Below, one piece after another: positions 1-12,787 of a stretch of 35,955 nucleotides of DNA. This stretch comes from Vicugna vicugna (lineage: Eukaryota). The notes beneath the pieces are model-generated. The model ran no database searches. It had not been told where the DNA came from and worked only from the letters and a program-made list of their open reading frames with translations. Position 1 is the first letter of the stretch. The number at the start of each line of letters is the position of its first letter. Position numbers and translations under genes: made by a program. The stretch is from the NCBI GenBank assembly GCA_013265495.1, contig MU058037.1:1923498-1959452 (forward strand). Reading direction: 5' to 3'.

Positions 1-1329
1 TCAGCAAAAGTGAAATTGGTATTTTCACCCCTGTTACATTCCTATAACCATTTAACAATTGGTTCAAAATTCAGAAGGATACAGTATGAAAAATTATCAG
101 TTGGGACCACAATATAAGGAAGTAATGAACCTAGAATGTTCAAGGTGGGTGGAAGTGAAGGGGAGGGACAATGAAGAGAAAATACTAGCTAGCCAGAGGG
201 CTTATGGCAGAAAAAAGGCAGTGATGTGCTGGGATAAGATGGAAAGGGTAGACCGCAGAAGGCCTTGGCTGCCAAAATACGGATGGGAATGTTCACAGCC
301 TAGCTGCTGTAAGAGAGGTGTAAAATTAATTTCAACACAATGAGCTCAATGCTATTATAAAGATGCTTTCAAAGAATGGAAGAGGCTAATTCTGCTTGAG
401 AAGTGTGTGAGAAGATGCAGGAGGAGGAGAGGAGGATAAGAATGGAAGGTTTACAGAGGCGGCAGTTTCCAAAATGAGGATGGTCTAGTATGTCAGCAGC
501 ATTCCCCAACCCCCACCCCCATCTCTAATGCAGCAGCTGCTTGGCGGGCAGCAAGAGATGAGACTGAAAAGGTGGGCAGAAGAGAGGGCTAAGGAATTTG
601 CTTTAGGTGCTGGAGACAGGAGGAGGCCCCTGGAGTTGGCTTCATTGTACAAATTCGTACACTGCAGCGCAGCAGATTTATGAACCGTGAGAATGTATCC
701 CCCAGGGCTAGGAACAGACACACCATTTGAAACCTGACATGACCTTAGCTGGCAAGAGTTCTTGGGAGAGGAACAGAGGCTGCTTTGCTATGTGTTCTAC
801 AGGCGGTAAGGATTTCTCCACTAACTGAGGCTTTCCTCAGAGGTGCTTGCCTGTTATTTCCTGCTGCTGGTACCAGGAGCTGCTCTAGAAAGAGCGCCAC
901 GTCCGTGGGGAGGCTGCAGTGAAGATGCACCTTTAGCTACACAGGATGGTGGCAGGAATTGGGAAGGGGGTTGCTTCCTAGCTTCACGGCTCCAGCCACA
1001 GTTGGCTTACATTTTCCCTTTCTAGTGTTTTCCTAGCTCTCTTCATCTCATAGCTCATTTAGTGGGAAACATTGCTGAGAGTCCTTGAGCATTAACAAAA
1101 GCCTTTTCCTCTGGATGTTGAATCTGGAATTGATTTTATAAACCCTCAGACTTGGTGATAACCTTAAAGCATCTTTAGGGGGAGACTGGAGGGTAAAACA
1201 AGACCCCTGAGCTCTGCTCACACATCAGTTTCCTGGTGACCACTTTATTTAGCAGGGCAGTCCCGGATTCCTTATCTCACTCCCCACTCTAGTACTCATT
1301 CTCTTCCAGTAGACTCTTTAATTTATTTA

Positions 1330-1461
1330 TGTTGTTAACTGTTTCTCTCTCACCTGAATATAAATTACCTGAAGACAGGGATTTCCCTGTTTTGTTCACT
1401 GTTGTATCCTCAGTACCTAGAACACTGTCTAGCACATAGGGAAAAAATTCAACTAATATTT
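1330..1461 (+). mobile_element. LINE-2 3' end fragment (L2a-like)
   Basis: 'gacagggatttccctgttttgttcactgttgtatcctcagtacctagaacactgtctagcacatag' matches the characteristic L2 3' terminus. Confidence 0.85.
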
Positions 1462-1501
1462 CTTATATTTATTTCATTTTGTGTGGAATTCCAGATAGGA
1501 G

Positions 1502-1993
1502 GTGCAGCAGGCACTGTCCCCACCTCACACCCCCTCGGCCCCATCCCTTCCGAGCCCACAAGCCGGACTTCCACTACCAGCACTCACATCTCTTTGCCTA
1601 GGGGATTTCTTTGGCCATCAGAGCCTGTTCTACTCTGCAGTATGTGATAAGCCAGAAGGGCAGAGAATTAGCAATCTCACAAGGAGCTCCCAAGTAATGG
1701 CTGACTGATGGAGCTGATGAATTTAAACCCCAGCATGCCCCCTCCTTAGTTGGCATAACTCTGAGATGCATGTTCTATACTAATTCCCAGAGTTCCTCAG
1801 TGCATTTAAACTCCAGTTGCCCACAGTGTCACTTGCTTGAAACACATGTCTTGTATTAATAGCTTTCTCTTCCTTGGCTCTCGTCACATCCCCCACTCCC
1901 TTATTAGTGTTTCCTGGGATCACCTCTCAAATAAACCATTTGCGCTCAAATTCTTGTTTCAAAGGCTGTTCCTAGGGGAACCCAAAGTAAGAT
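1502..1993 (+). mobile_element. ERVL solo LTR (LTR16-family, LTR16C-like)
   Basis: The 3' end 'ttcctgggatcacctctcaaataaaccatttgcgctcaaattcttgtttcaaaggctgttcctaggggaacccaaagtaagata' matches the LTR16 terminus, including AATAAA. Length is ~490 bp. Confidence 0.8.
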
Positions 1994-2259
1994 AGCAAGT
2001 ATTCAATAAATGTTCAAATTAATTAATGATTATATTCTTATACTACTTTTTATGCCTATTGGAGTAGGCAGCAAACTGACTGTAGATAAATTTTGCCTTA
2101 AGATGTGTTTTTCTGAGTAGCAATACTTGAATACCTTCATGTATGTTGTGTGTACTCACATCCACCTGCTGTAGGCATTCACATGGAAATTTTGAGGTCT
2201 GGAGAGTGTATTCTGAGAGGCAACACACAGAATTGAAAAGCACAATTTAAAATGCTTTG

Positions 2260-2664
2260 ATGTTATATTCATACACTGGAATATTATTTTGCAATGAAAA
2301 GAAATGAAGTATAAATTATGCTAAAACTTGGATAAACCTTGAAAACCTTATTCTAAATGAAAGAAGCCAGTCACAGAAGACTACATATTATATGATTCCA
2401 TTTATATGAGATGTCCAGAATAAGGAAATCTGTAGAGACAGAAAGTAGGTTAGTTGTTGCCTAGTGCTTTGGTGAGAAAGGGGGGGATCTGAGGGTTGAT
2501 GACTAAGGGGAGTGAAATTTCTTTTGGGGGTAATGAAAATGTTGTAAGATTGTGGCAATGAATGGACATCTCTATGAATATGTTAAAATCCATTGACTTG
2601 CATATTTTAAATGGATGAATTTTGTGGCATGTGAATTAGATCTCATTAAAACTGATCAAAAAAA
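2260..2664 (+). mobile_element. Old L1 3' UTR (L1MB-type)
   Basis: Contains 'aaagaagccagtcacagaagactacatattatatgattccatttatatgagatgtccagaa...gagacagaaagtaggttagttgttgcc' and ends 'gtgaattagatctcattaaaactgatcaaaaaaa'. Confidence 0.88.
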
Positions 2665-2887
2665 GGGCTCTGATATCTGGCACATTTGGAATCAAGTCCT
2701 TACTCTGCAATATACTTGCCATAAATGAGCCAAATGAGCTGTACAGGTAAATGCTAAGATGGGGAAAGGATGACTTCCCCTGTGTCTGATTTCTCAGGAA
2801 AAGATGAATGGGGTTCAAATGAGGATAGAGAAGTAAGAGTGAGGGGTATTTCAATCTGGGAAGCAGAGAGAACAAGGTACAGCAATG

Positions 2888-3133
2888 AATAATAATAGTA
2901 AAAACTTACCATTATGGAACTCCTGCTATGCACCAGGTCCTGTACAAGGCATTTTGACTTCACTATCTTTTATTCTACAACTCTTTATTGTAGTATTATT
3001 ATCTCTGTTTTGCGAAATAAGAAACCAAGGCTCAGAGGATTAAATGATTACCCATGATCACCAAGCTAGTGAGTCCACACATACAATCCAAGATTCAGTT
3101 CTGTCTTCATCCAAACACTACACGCTTTCCATT
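2888..3133 (-). mobile_element. MIR SINE
   Basis: Reverse MIR core 'tattattatctctgttttgcgaaataagaaaccaaggctcagaggattaaatgattacccatgatcacc'. Confidence 0.8.
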
Positions 3134-3139
3134 AGTAAT

Positions 3140-3270
3140 TATATAGTAATCATAGTAAGTACTTGAATAGGGCTTGCTATGTGCCAGTCACAGTTCTAAG
3201 TTCTATTACCGTGTTAGCTCATTTAAACTACACTAACAGAATGCTGGATGAAAAAATTGAAGTTAGGGCC
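3140..3270 (-). mobile_element. MIR SINE fragment
   Basis: 'acttgaatagggcttgctatgtgccagtcacagttctaag...gatgaaaaaattgaagttag' resembles the reverse MIR 3' end and core. Confidence 0.6.
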
Positions 3271-4249
3271 AGATTAATAAAGGGAGATTTGAAACAGATT
3301 TTTTTTAGCAGTTCTCTAAATTTCCTAAAATTGAAAAGTCAGATAATGCCATTATTTGTGTATGAATTAGAATTTTCCTTGGCAGAATATTATCAGAGAT
3401 TTTTCCTTTCGAAAGATAGCTGGTATGGCTAGGGAGAACTGAAATAATAGGCTGCCTATAAATTATGAGATTAGCCAAGAAGCCATTTTGTAATATGTTT
3501 GAACTTTACCTTACAGCTAAAGGGTAATACCAATGTTTTACAGCGAAGGCCATACAAACAATGTTTAGGTTTTAGATGGTAAATATGTTTTAGCTCAGAA
3601 ATGTGTTATGCATCAAAGATAATGTTGATCAGCAATGCTCAGTTTGAAAAATATGTTTTTATTTCTTAACTGTAGCCCCCTACGTAGTATAGAGTAAGCA
3701 GTTGACATCTCCTCTTCCCACATTTCTCCTACTGGGTCTTAGAATAAACTAAGCCAAGAAAATTGAGTCTCCCTAGTTCTCAACAGCCTTGTGGAAAAGG
3801 GACCAGGAAAAAGCTAGCTTTGCTCTAATGAACAGAGTTTTGGCAGTTCTGTACACTATAAAAGTCTGAGTTCTTATCGTAAACTGGGGTACAGTAGTGA
3901 GTTTTGTAGCCTTTCAGTTAGGCTCAAGCTTTGAGTCTTAAAACTCTAACCTCTGGCTCTCATAGCATGAGAAAGATGGGGGCACATGTGTTACTATCAC
4001 CCTGATAGCCACATCCATCCCCAGGAGGAACAATGTCAGAACCTAAATGAATCTTTAATCTTGGAACCAGGGCTCTAGGATTTGGTGCCATTTCTCTTTT
4101 CCTGTCTGGTCTACACATCCAAGATATAGTCTTCCCTCCTTCTTTTAAGTACCTGATACCAAAGAGAAGTACTGGCAAGGCTAAGGAGAATTGAAATATG
4201 ATGCTGTCTGTAAATTACTGAAGTTAGCCAAGAAGCTATTTTATAATAT

Positions 4250-4562
4250 TTTTGAACTTTATCTTATATCCAAAAAGCAATCATTGAAGTTTTAAAAACA
4301 TGAGACTGCCATGATATGTTTTAGAAATATGAATCTTTCTTCTAGGGGAATAATAAATTGGAAGAGATACTAGAGGAAAAAATGTAGGAATACCACTGCT
4401 GAGGTAGTATTACAATGTCCCTAGCTTGGTAGCAAACATTGAAAAGAAGGGCAAGATATAAGAGATAATGTGAAGGAAGAACTAGTGAGAGGACTTGTTG
4501 GGGCGAGCTTGATGAGAGAAAGGTATCAGAGATGGCTTTGAGGTTTAGAGTCTGGGAAACCA
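4250..4562 (-). mobile_element. LINE-2 fragment
   Basis: Purine-rich reverse-L2 motifs 'gaactttatct...cattgaagttttaa' and 'gagagaaaggtatcagagatggctttgaggttt'. Confidence 0.65.
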
Positions 4563-5809
4563 TCCTTCCATTTCCCTCTCTGCTCCAAAACAACCCCGAG
4601 GAGTGACAGCTTAACAGGTTAAGTTAGCATTTTGTTATTTCCTAATGGGTGGAGAAGTTGACAAATAAACTTAATTCTTCTGAAGTCTAACATTAAAGTA
4701 AACAAACGTTGGAAGCATGTGCAATGTCCTGTTCGTCCTGGTCTGCAGCCACAAGAGACCTGTGCTGTGATTCTTCTATTCAGGGCATTCTTACAAAATG
4801 CTCTGGATGATTAGAACATCCAGAGAATGATAGAGCCGTCTCAGGAGCTAAGTTCCTTGGTGTCCAAATCATAATCCATTTGACAGCACTTTCTGAAAGG
4901 GATGATGAGAAGAATGCTCATTGTGAAATTTTTAGAACCACATGTTCCCTTTCATGTCTTACAAAGGGGAGGATTTAGTTTATCTTTGACAATTCTCTAA
5001 CTCTCTGGGGACAGAGAGTAAAAGAGAAAAAGCAATTACTTTTATTTGCTTTTGCTTAAAAATAGATGAGTTGGAGTTTACCTAGTTGCATTTGGCTACT
5101 CACACTGTCCCAGATCCTTTTTAAAAGTGATGTGTGATCTCTTTATTTTTCCTTTCCTTTAGGATTTATCACAAGCCCTAAGCTCCATTACTTCTTCCTG
5201 TCTTTCTAAGAAACAAATTATTTTCTCCTTTTCTTTCTTAGTTATCAACTATAATAAAAGAGAGTATTAATTTTAACACAGTCTCCCTGAATGGTTGATA
5301 TCCTTGCAGTTTCTTACTTTTAACAATGCACTTTCCTCCATTTTCAATGTAATTTTTGTGATATTTGTAATTTTATGATGTTGAACTGGGTACTATATCA
5401 TGTAAATTGCAAATCCTGCAGAAGGGAGGAAATGAGGTCTCACTTAGGAATTTACAATTAGATGAAAGGGAAAACCTCTGGAAGAAAAAGAATAGGAATA
5501 ATATGTACATGAAAAGAATTAGTTTCAGAAGTGAGGGGACAGAGGGAGTAAATCTTTTAGATGGGGAAGGAAGACTAAAATAAAATAAATATTTTATGCC
5601 ACCCCACATTTTGGGTCTCTGAGATGCCTGATATAAAGGATCCTCCCTAGGTGTGAACACCTGTCTACTTCTATGATGTAAGCTGAAGAGTACCAAATGC
5701 TGAAGGAGGCTACAGCTCCCTTCCATACTAACTCAGGCATTGTGCCAGGTATCTCTACTCTATTCATACCTGACAGTACTGCAATGGAGTTGGCTACTAT
5801 GATGACCCA

Positions 5810-6130
5810 GATTCCTTGAAGTCAGGATACTAATAGTTCAGGTTATGACCATAGGTGTGGATGTCAAGTACAGAAGTCACTAGAATCGAGGGGGCAAGAA
5901 ATATATAGGATAGGATGTTGGATGGGTCATCCACAAGGACTCTGGGGCCACCCAAGTGGATGACATGATTTGGGAAAGAAAGACTGAGCTAGATGTCAAA
6001 AGTCTTTAATACATGGGAAGTTATACTCAAAAAATAAGTTTTTAACAGTGATGATGAGGAATTAATGGTTTTATGAGAAGAGGAAGATGATGACATGCAT
6101 TGTGAAATGAGGAAACAGAGAGTTAGGGTC
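5810..6130 (-). mobile_element. LINE-2 internal fragment
   Basis: 'aggatgttggatgggtcatccacaaggactctggggccacccaagtggatgacatga' resembles reverse L2 ORF2-region consensus. Confidence 0.5.
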
Positions 6131-6139
6131 CTCTGGATT

Positions 6140-6440
6140 TCTTTTTAGGGATTGGCTCATGAGATTGTGGGTCCTGGCAAGACTGCAATCTGTAGGACAG
6201 GCTGGCAGGCTGGAAACTCAGGCAGGAGTTGATGCTCCAGTCTTGAGGCAGAATTTCTTCTCAAGGAAACCTGTTTTTGCCTTCAGCTGATTGGATGAGG
6301 CCCACTCACATCATCAAAGGTAATCTCCTTCACTTAAAGTCACATCTACAAAATACACGCATAGCAACCTCTACTTAGTTCTTGATTTAATAACTGGGTA
6401 CTATACCTAGCCAAGTTGACACATAAAACTAATCATCACA
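6140..6440 (-). mobile_element. ERVL LTR, MLT2 family (MLT2D-like), partial
   Basis: The reverse complement starts TGTGATGATTAGTTTTATGTGTCAACTTGGCTAGG, the canonical MLT2 5' end. Internal 'ctgattggatgaggcccactcaca' and 'ggctggcaggctggaaactcaggcaggagttgatgct' also match. Confidence 0.9.
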
Positions 6441-6596
6441 ATGAGGATAGGAAAACAAGGACATAGAAATAAGTTTTAGGGTTAGGAAAAAGCTGAGTAT
6501 CTGTAAATATTTTTATCCTTTACTCAAAGATCTCTTCTACTCCATAATTTGCTTCCTCTCTATTAACATCTGATTAGCCCCTTTCCCATTAATTCC

Positions 6597-8738
6597 TCCA
6601 AGAGGGATTTATTACTTGAATTCAAGGGCAGTTCAAAATATGAAAATTAATCAATTTGACAGCCAATATTAATAAAACAAAGGATAAAAATCACATGATT
6701 TCTCAATCGATTCAATAAAAAATTTGACACATTTAACACCCTTTCATGATTAAAAACTCCCAACAAAGTAGGAATAGAAGGAAATTACGTCAACAAAGGC
6801 CATATATGAAAAGCCCACAGCTAATATCATGCTCAATGGTAAAAAAAAAACTGAAAAGATTTTCCTCTAAGATCGGGAACAAGGTAAGGATGCACACTTT
6901 TACAACTTCTATTCAAAATAGTACTGGAAGTCCTAGCCAGAGCAAGTATGTAAGAAAAGTAATAAAGAGTGTCCAAATTGGGGGAAAAAAGAAGTAAAAT
7001 TATCTCTTTGCAAGATGATATGATCTTATATGTAGAAAATGCTAAAATGCCACAAAAAACCTATTAGAAGTAATCAACTAATTCAGTAATGTTGCAGTTT
7101 ACAAAGTCAACAACCAAAATTGCATTTTTATATAATAACAATGAACTATTGGAAAAGGACATTAAAAGCAATTGTATATCCTATAGCAAAAAGAGAAAAG
7201 AATAAAATAATTAAGATTAAACTTAACCAAAGAGATGGAAGACTTTATAATGAAAACTATAAAACATTGCTGAAAGAAATTAAAGAAGAACCAAATAAAT
7301 GGAAAGCAATCCTGTGTTTATGGATTGGAAGAATTAATATTGTTAAATGTCCATACCACCCAAAGTGATCTATAGATTTAATGCTACCTATGTCAATAAT
7401 CCCATGGCATTTTTGTACAGAAATAGAAAAAACATCCTTAAATTCATGTGGAACCACACAGGATCCCAAATAGCCAAGACAGTCTTGAGAAAGGACAAAG
7501 ATGGAGACCTCACACATTCTGATTTCAAAGCATATTACAAAGTTATAGTAATCCAACCAATATGGTACTGGCATAAAGACAGACATATATACCAGTGGAG
7601 CAAAATACGGAGCCCAGAAATAAACCTGCACATATAAGGTGAATTGGTGTTTGACAAGGGTGCCAAGACTACACAATGTGGAAAAGACAGGCTATTCAGC
7701 AAATGGTGTTGGGGGAACTGGATATCCAGAATGAAATTGCACCCTTACCTTATGCCATACATGAAAATCAACTCATAATGGATTAAAGACTTGAATATAA
7801 GACCTGAAACTGAAACAAAACCCATAGGAGAAAACATAAGGTATTAGCTTCAGGAAACTGGTATTGGCAATGATTTCTTGACTACAACACCAAAAGCACA
7901 GGCAACAAAAGTGAAAATAGACAAGTGGGACTACATCAAACTGAAAAGCTTCTTCACAGCAAAGGAAACAGTCAACAGCGTGAAAACGCAACCTATGGAA
8001 TGGGAGAAAATAATGCAAGCCAAATATCTGATGGGGGTTGATATCCAAAAAATATAAGTAACTCCTACAACTTAATAGCAAAAAAAAAAAAAAAGCCAAG
8101 TAACCTGATTAAAAATGGGCAAAGGACTTCCTTAGACATTTTTCCAAAGAAGGCATACAAATGGCTAATAGATGTATCTAAAGATTGTCAACATCACTAA
8201 TCAGGGAAATGCAAATCAAAAGCACAATGAGATGTCATCTCATACCTTTTAGGATGACCATTATCAAAAACAAAACAAAATAAAGCAACAATCGAAAATA
8301 AGAAGTGTTATTGAGGATGTGGAGAAATTGGAACCTTTGTACACTGTTGGTGGGAATGTAAAAATGGCGCAGTTGTTATGGAAAACAGTAGGGAGATTCC
8401 TTAAAGAATTAAACATAGCGTATGATCAGCTACTCCACTTCTGGGTATTTGTCCAAAAAAATTGAAAACATAATCTTGAAGAGATCTTTGGACTTCTGGC
8501 ATTACAGCATTATTTACAATAGCCGTAATGTAGAAACAACCTGAATGTCCATCAACAGATGAATGAGTAATGTGGTGTATACATACAATGAAATATTATT
8601 CAGGCTTTAAAAAGAGGGAAATCTCGTCATGTGTGACAACATGGATGAACCTTGAGTTCATTGTGCTAAGTGTAACAATTGAGTCATAGAATGATAGATA
8701 CTGCACAATTCCCCTTACATGAAGTATCTAAAATAGTC
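6597..8738 (+). mobile_element. Decayed LINE-1 (ORF2 RT/C-terminal region plus partial 3' UTR; L1MA9-like), copy A
   Basis: ORF fragments 'LYNENYKTLLKEIKEEPNKWKAILCLWIGRINIVK' and '[43 protein letters not shown]' are L1 ORF2p, broken by many stops and frameshifts. The 3' UTR is cut at 'gaagtatctaaaatagtc'. Confidence 0.95.
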
Positions 8739-8744
8739 TTAAGT

Positions 8745-11246
8745 ATAAAAGGCTGGTTCAATATCTGAAAATCAATCAATGTAATCCACCATATTAGTAA
8801 GCCAATGAACAAAAATATTGTCATATCAACTGATGCAGAAAAAGCATTTGGAGAAATCTAACACCCATACATGGGGGAAAAAAAAAACTTACAGCAAGTT
8901 AGGAATAGAGGGGAACTACCTTAAACTGATAAATAGAATCCACAAAATGTCCTCAGCTAACTTCGTACTTTGTGGTGAATGAATGATTGCTTTCCCCCTA
9001 GGATCAGGAATGGGGCAAAGATGTTCGCTCTCACCATTCTTATTCAGCATAATACTGAATGTTCTGGCCACTGCAATTAAGCAAGAAAACAAAATAAAAG
9101 GCATACAGATTACACAGAAAGACATACAGCTGTCTCTATCTGCAGATGACATGACTGTCTATGTAGGATATGGTAAGGAATCTACAAAAACACTTCCAGT
9201 GCTAATAAGTTCAGTAATGTTGCATGATACAAGAATCAACCACATTTCTATAGATTAAAAATAAACTTATGGAAATCAAAATTAAAAGCCATTTATTATT
9301 CCTCAATGAAAATGAAATAGGTAGAAACTGGAGAACAGATATAAAGGACCTATATTCTGAAAAATTACAAAATGTTTATGAAAGAACTCAAAGAAGGCCT
9401 AAATAAATGGAGAGACATACTGTATTTGTTACCAACATGATAACTATGTTAATTCTCCTTAAATTGGTATGTAAGTTTAATATAATTCCTAGCAAAATCC
9501 CAGTAAGAATTTTTTTAGAAAAAGACATGCTTATTTTGAAATTTATATGGAAAGCACAAGTTCTAGGATTGCTGAAAACAGTCTTGAAAAAGAAAAATTA
9601 AATGAGAAGAATTACTATACCCAATTTAAGGTTGGCTGTATAGCTCCAGAGATACAGAAGAGTGGTATTGGTTGGGGGACAGACACATAGGTCAGTGGAA
9701 CAGAGTACAGACTCTCAAAATAGACCCCCACACACATGCCCTACTGATTTTTGACAAAAGTTCAAAAGCAATTCAAAGGAGGAAGGATAGCTTTTCAATA
9801 AGCAGTGCTGGAGGATTTAGACATCCATAGGCAAAAAAGAAATGAAAAAAAGAACTTGACCCAACCTTGACATTTTACACAAAAGTTAACTCCAAATGGA
9901 TCACAGATTTCTTAAATGTAAGATGTAAAGCTGGATATCTTTTAGAAATAAACATAGAAGAAAATCTTTGGTATCTAAGATGAGGCAAAGACTTTTTATA
10001 CTTGACACCAAAAATATGATCCATAAAAGGAAAAGTCGATAAATTGACCCTCATCAAAATAAAACACTTTTCTCTGTGAAAAACCATGAGGGTAAAAGAT
10101 ATCTGCTAAAGAGTGGGAGAAAAAATTTGAAAAACACACATTTGAGAAAGGACTTGTATCCAGAATATATAAAGAACTGTCAAAACACAATAGTAAAAAA
10201 CAATTCAATTAGAAAGTTAGCAAAAGACATAAAAAGACATTTCACCAAAGAAGACATACAGATGGCAAATACACATATGAAAGATGTCCAACTTCATTAG
10301 CCTTTAGGGAAATTTAAATCAAAACCACAATGAGATATTACTATATCATATCAGAATGGCTAAAATAAAAAAAAATAGTGACAACACCAAATGGTGACAG
10401 GTATGGATTGAAACTGGATCAGTCATAAATTGCTGATGGAAATATAAAATGGTTCAGTCAATCTGGAAAACAATTCAGCAGTTTTGTAAAAAATAATGAA
10501 ACATACATGTAGCATACAACCCAGCAACTGTACTCTTGACCATTTATCCCAGAGAAATGGAAATTTATTTTTACATAAAAACCTATACACAAGTGTTCAT
10601 GATAGCCTTATTTGTAATAGCCCCACACTGGAAACAACTTTGATGTCCTTCAACAGGTGAATGGTTAAACCAACTATGGTACATTCATACCATGGAATAC
10701 TACTCAGCAATAAAAAGGAATGAACTACTGATACATCTTGGATGGATCTTCAGACAATTCTGTTGAGTGAAAAAAAGCCAATCTCATTAGGTTACATGCA
10801 TACTGTATCATTCCATTTATGTAGAGAACAGATTGATAGTTGCCAGCTGTTGGAGACTGGGGCAGAGAATGGGAGGGAAGTAGGTACAGTTATAAAAGGG
10901 TATCCTTATGGTGATCATATAATTATGTATCTTGACTGTGGCGGTGGACCCATGAATCTACACATGTGATAAAATTGTGTAGCGCTAAATACATAGCTAT
11001 ATCTCTCTCTATTAAGATAGACTCACAAATGAGTGCATGTGAAACTAATAAAATCTAAATAAGATAGGTAGGTTCTATCAGTACCAATAGATACATACTG
11101 ATAGGTTCTATCAATATCAAGATCCTGGTTGTGATATGGTGCTACAGTTATGCAGGATGTTACTACTGGGGGAAACTGGGTGAAGAGTATATGGAATCTT
11201 TCTGTATTATTTCTTATAACTTTATTTGACTAAAATGTTTAAAAAT
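8745..11246 (+). mobile_element. Decayed LINE-1 (L1MC/L1MD-type), ORF2 RT region to 3' end
   Basis: 'AFPLGSGMGQRCSLSPFLFSIILNVLATAIKQENKIKGIQI...LSLSADDM' is L1 RT (GxRQGCPLSP and FADD motifs, degenerate). The 3' UTR 'gatcctggttgtgatatggtgctacagttatgcaggatgttactactgggggaaactgggtgaag' is L1MC/MD-type. Confidence 0.93.
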
Positions 11247-11249
11247 GAA

Positions 11250-11856
11250 GAAGAGATTAGGTACAATTAAACAATGTTAGAAACAAAAATGGGACAAACA
11301 TCAGAGATGAAATACATCAGAGATTTTAAAAGATAAGAGATTTTATGATCAACTTTATGCTCATAAACTTGAAAATTTAGATAAAATGGATAATTTCCTA
11401 GGAAATATAACATTAAAATTGACTAAACAGAAAACAGAAAACTCAAATAAACATAATCATTTAAGAATCTGGGTCAGTAGCTAAAGTTTCACTCTCACAC
11501 AAGCACAAAACACTATGCCTAAATAATTTTATGGATGAATTTTATCAAACATTCAAGGAACATAGAATCCCAATCTTCTGTAGACTCTCCAGGCAATAGC
11601 AAATGAGGAAACATGTAATTCGTTTATTGAGGCTATTTCAATCTTCATACAAAAAACAGACATGGACATTTTTAGAAAGGAAAGTTACTGGCCAATCTCA
11701 CTAATTAATACAAAAGCAAAAATCCTAAATAAAATATTATCAATAGTATTTAAATAAGTATAAAATATTATCAGTAATATTTTACTTAGGATGTTTGCAT
11801 TTTAATGTCTTTAAATATGCAACTCAACTACATTGGGTTTAATTCAGTCATAAAAG
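11250..11856 (+). mobile_element. Older LINE-1 ORF2 fragment (L1ME/L1M5-type), left part
   Basis: 'aactttatgctcataaacttgaaaatttagataaaatggataatttcctagg' and 'ggccaatctcactaattaatacaaaagcaaaaatcctaaataaaatatt' (the RPISL..D.KILNKIL region). Confidence 0.85.
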
Positions 11857-12787
11857 TGTAACTAGTAAATTGAATAAGTAGGACTAATGGGGTATAATCA
11901 GAAACTTTGATTCCCCTATTGCCAATTGAAGTCCACTCTGTGGGATTAGATCTTTTCCCTTGGATCAAAAGTAAGACAGTTCCATGACTCTTATGTATTT
12001 TTGTCACGTTTTGTCACAGAAAAGCCTCAGTTTAATTAAATATCAGTAATAAATAAAGCTTTAATATTTCTTTAAAGTTGTATCTTCTTCCATCTCTCAC
12101 CTTAGGCCTACTGTGGGCTGGATAGTTGAAATGAGAAAGGGGATGTGGCCACTATCTTCTTACTTTCTCCCTAGAGTGCTTCTAACTCTTCTCTGCCATA
12201 ATGTTTATGAGGGTTTGTGATCCCTCTAGAATTGCATCATAAAAGGAGATAGATGAGAAGAGGAAGAAGAATAAGTTCTTCCTTGATTAATACTTGATGA
12301 ACCAGCATCAAAATATTTGAGCCTGACTGATGTTTAAACCAATTTGTTTTCTTATGGGGTACTCTTATGTGCTTTTCTCAGACTTTCCTGTCCTTCATAT
12401 TTCTCAAGTTGAGTCAACAATCTGTGTCTTCTGAGATCTGAGTGACACATACCAAACCTTCAAGTGATTCCACTGAAGCTCCTTTCTCTAGGCTTAAGGT
12501 GAATGTGAGCCCTGCTCCCACACCCTTCCACTGGGAGAACTTTAGACACACAGAACACCTACAGCTTTCTCTCAGTTCCTCTCCTAATTTCCAAGCATTT
12601 TCATGGCCTCTCTACTTTCTTTTAGATGTGGGGATTGGTGGTCAGCTAAGGGTCACAAAACTAGTTTGCAGCTACCTCCTTTACAAGACCACCATGGTGA
12701 TCTCACACATTGGCATGTGTTGTTTATTGTTAGGGCCTTCGCCAAAACTGAGACTGAAATAGTTCTGCTTTAAAACTCTATTTCACA
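11857..12787. mobile_element. Probable ancient solo LTR (~930 bp) inserted into an L1
   Basis: A non-L1 block with TG...CA ends (TGTAACTAG...TTTCACA) splits the L1 motif 'tgggtttaattcagtcataaaag | aggtttgtttactattaggaaaatctattaa'. No clean TSD is visible. Confidence 0.6.

Noticed and set aside
4801..4825. Perfect 9-bp hairpin ctctggatg-attagaa-catccagag
   Set aside because: Too short for a pre-miRNA or MITE, and plausible by chance in 36 kb.
6746..10969. Cluster of 60-140 aa ORFs, some with reverse-transcriptase motifs
   Set aside because: These are fragments of dead L1 ORF2 (or its antisense) with many stops and frameshifts. They are not a host gene or a retron/DGR-like system.
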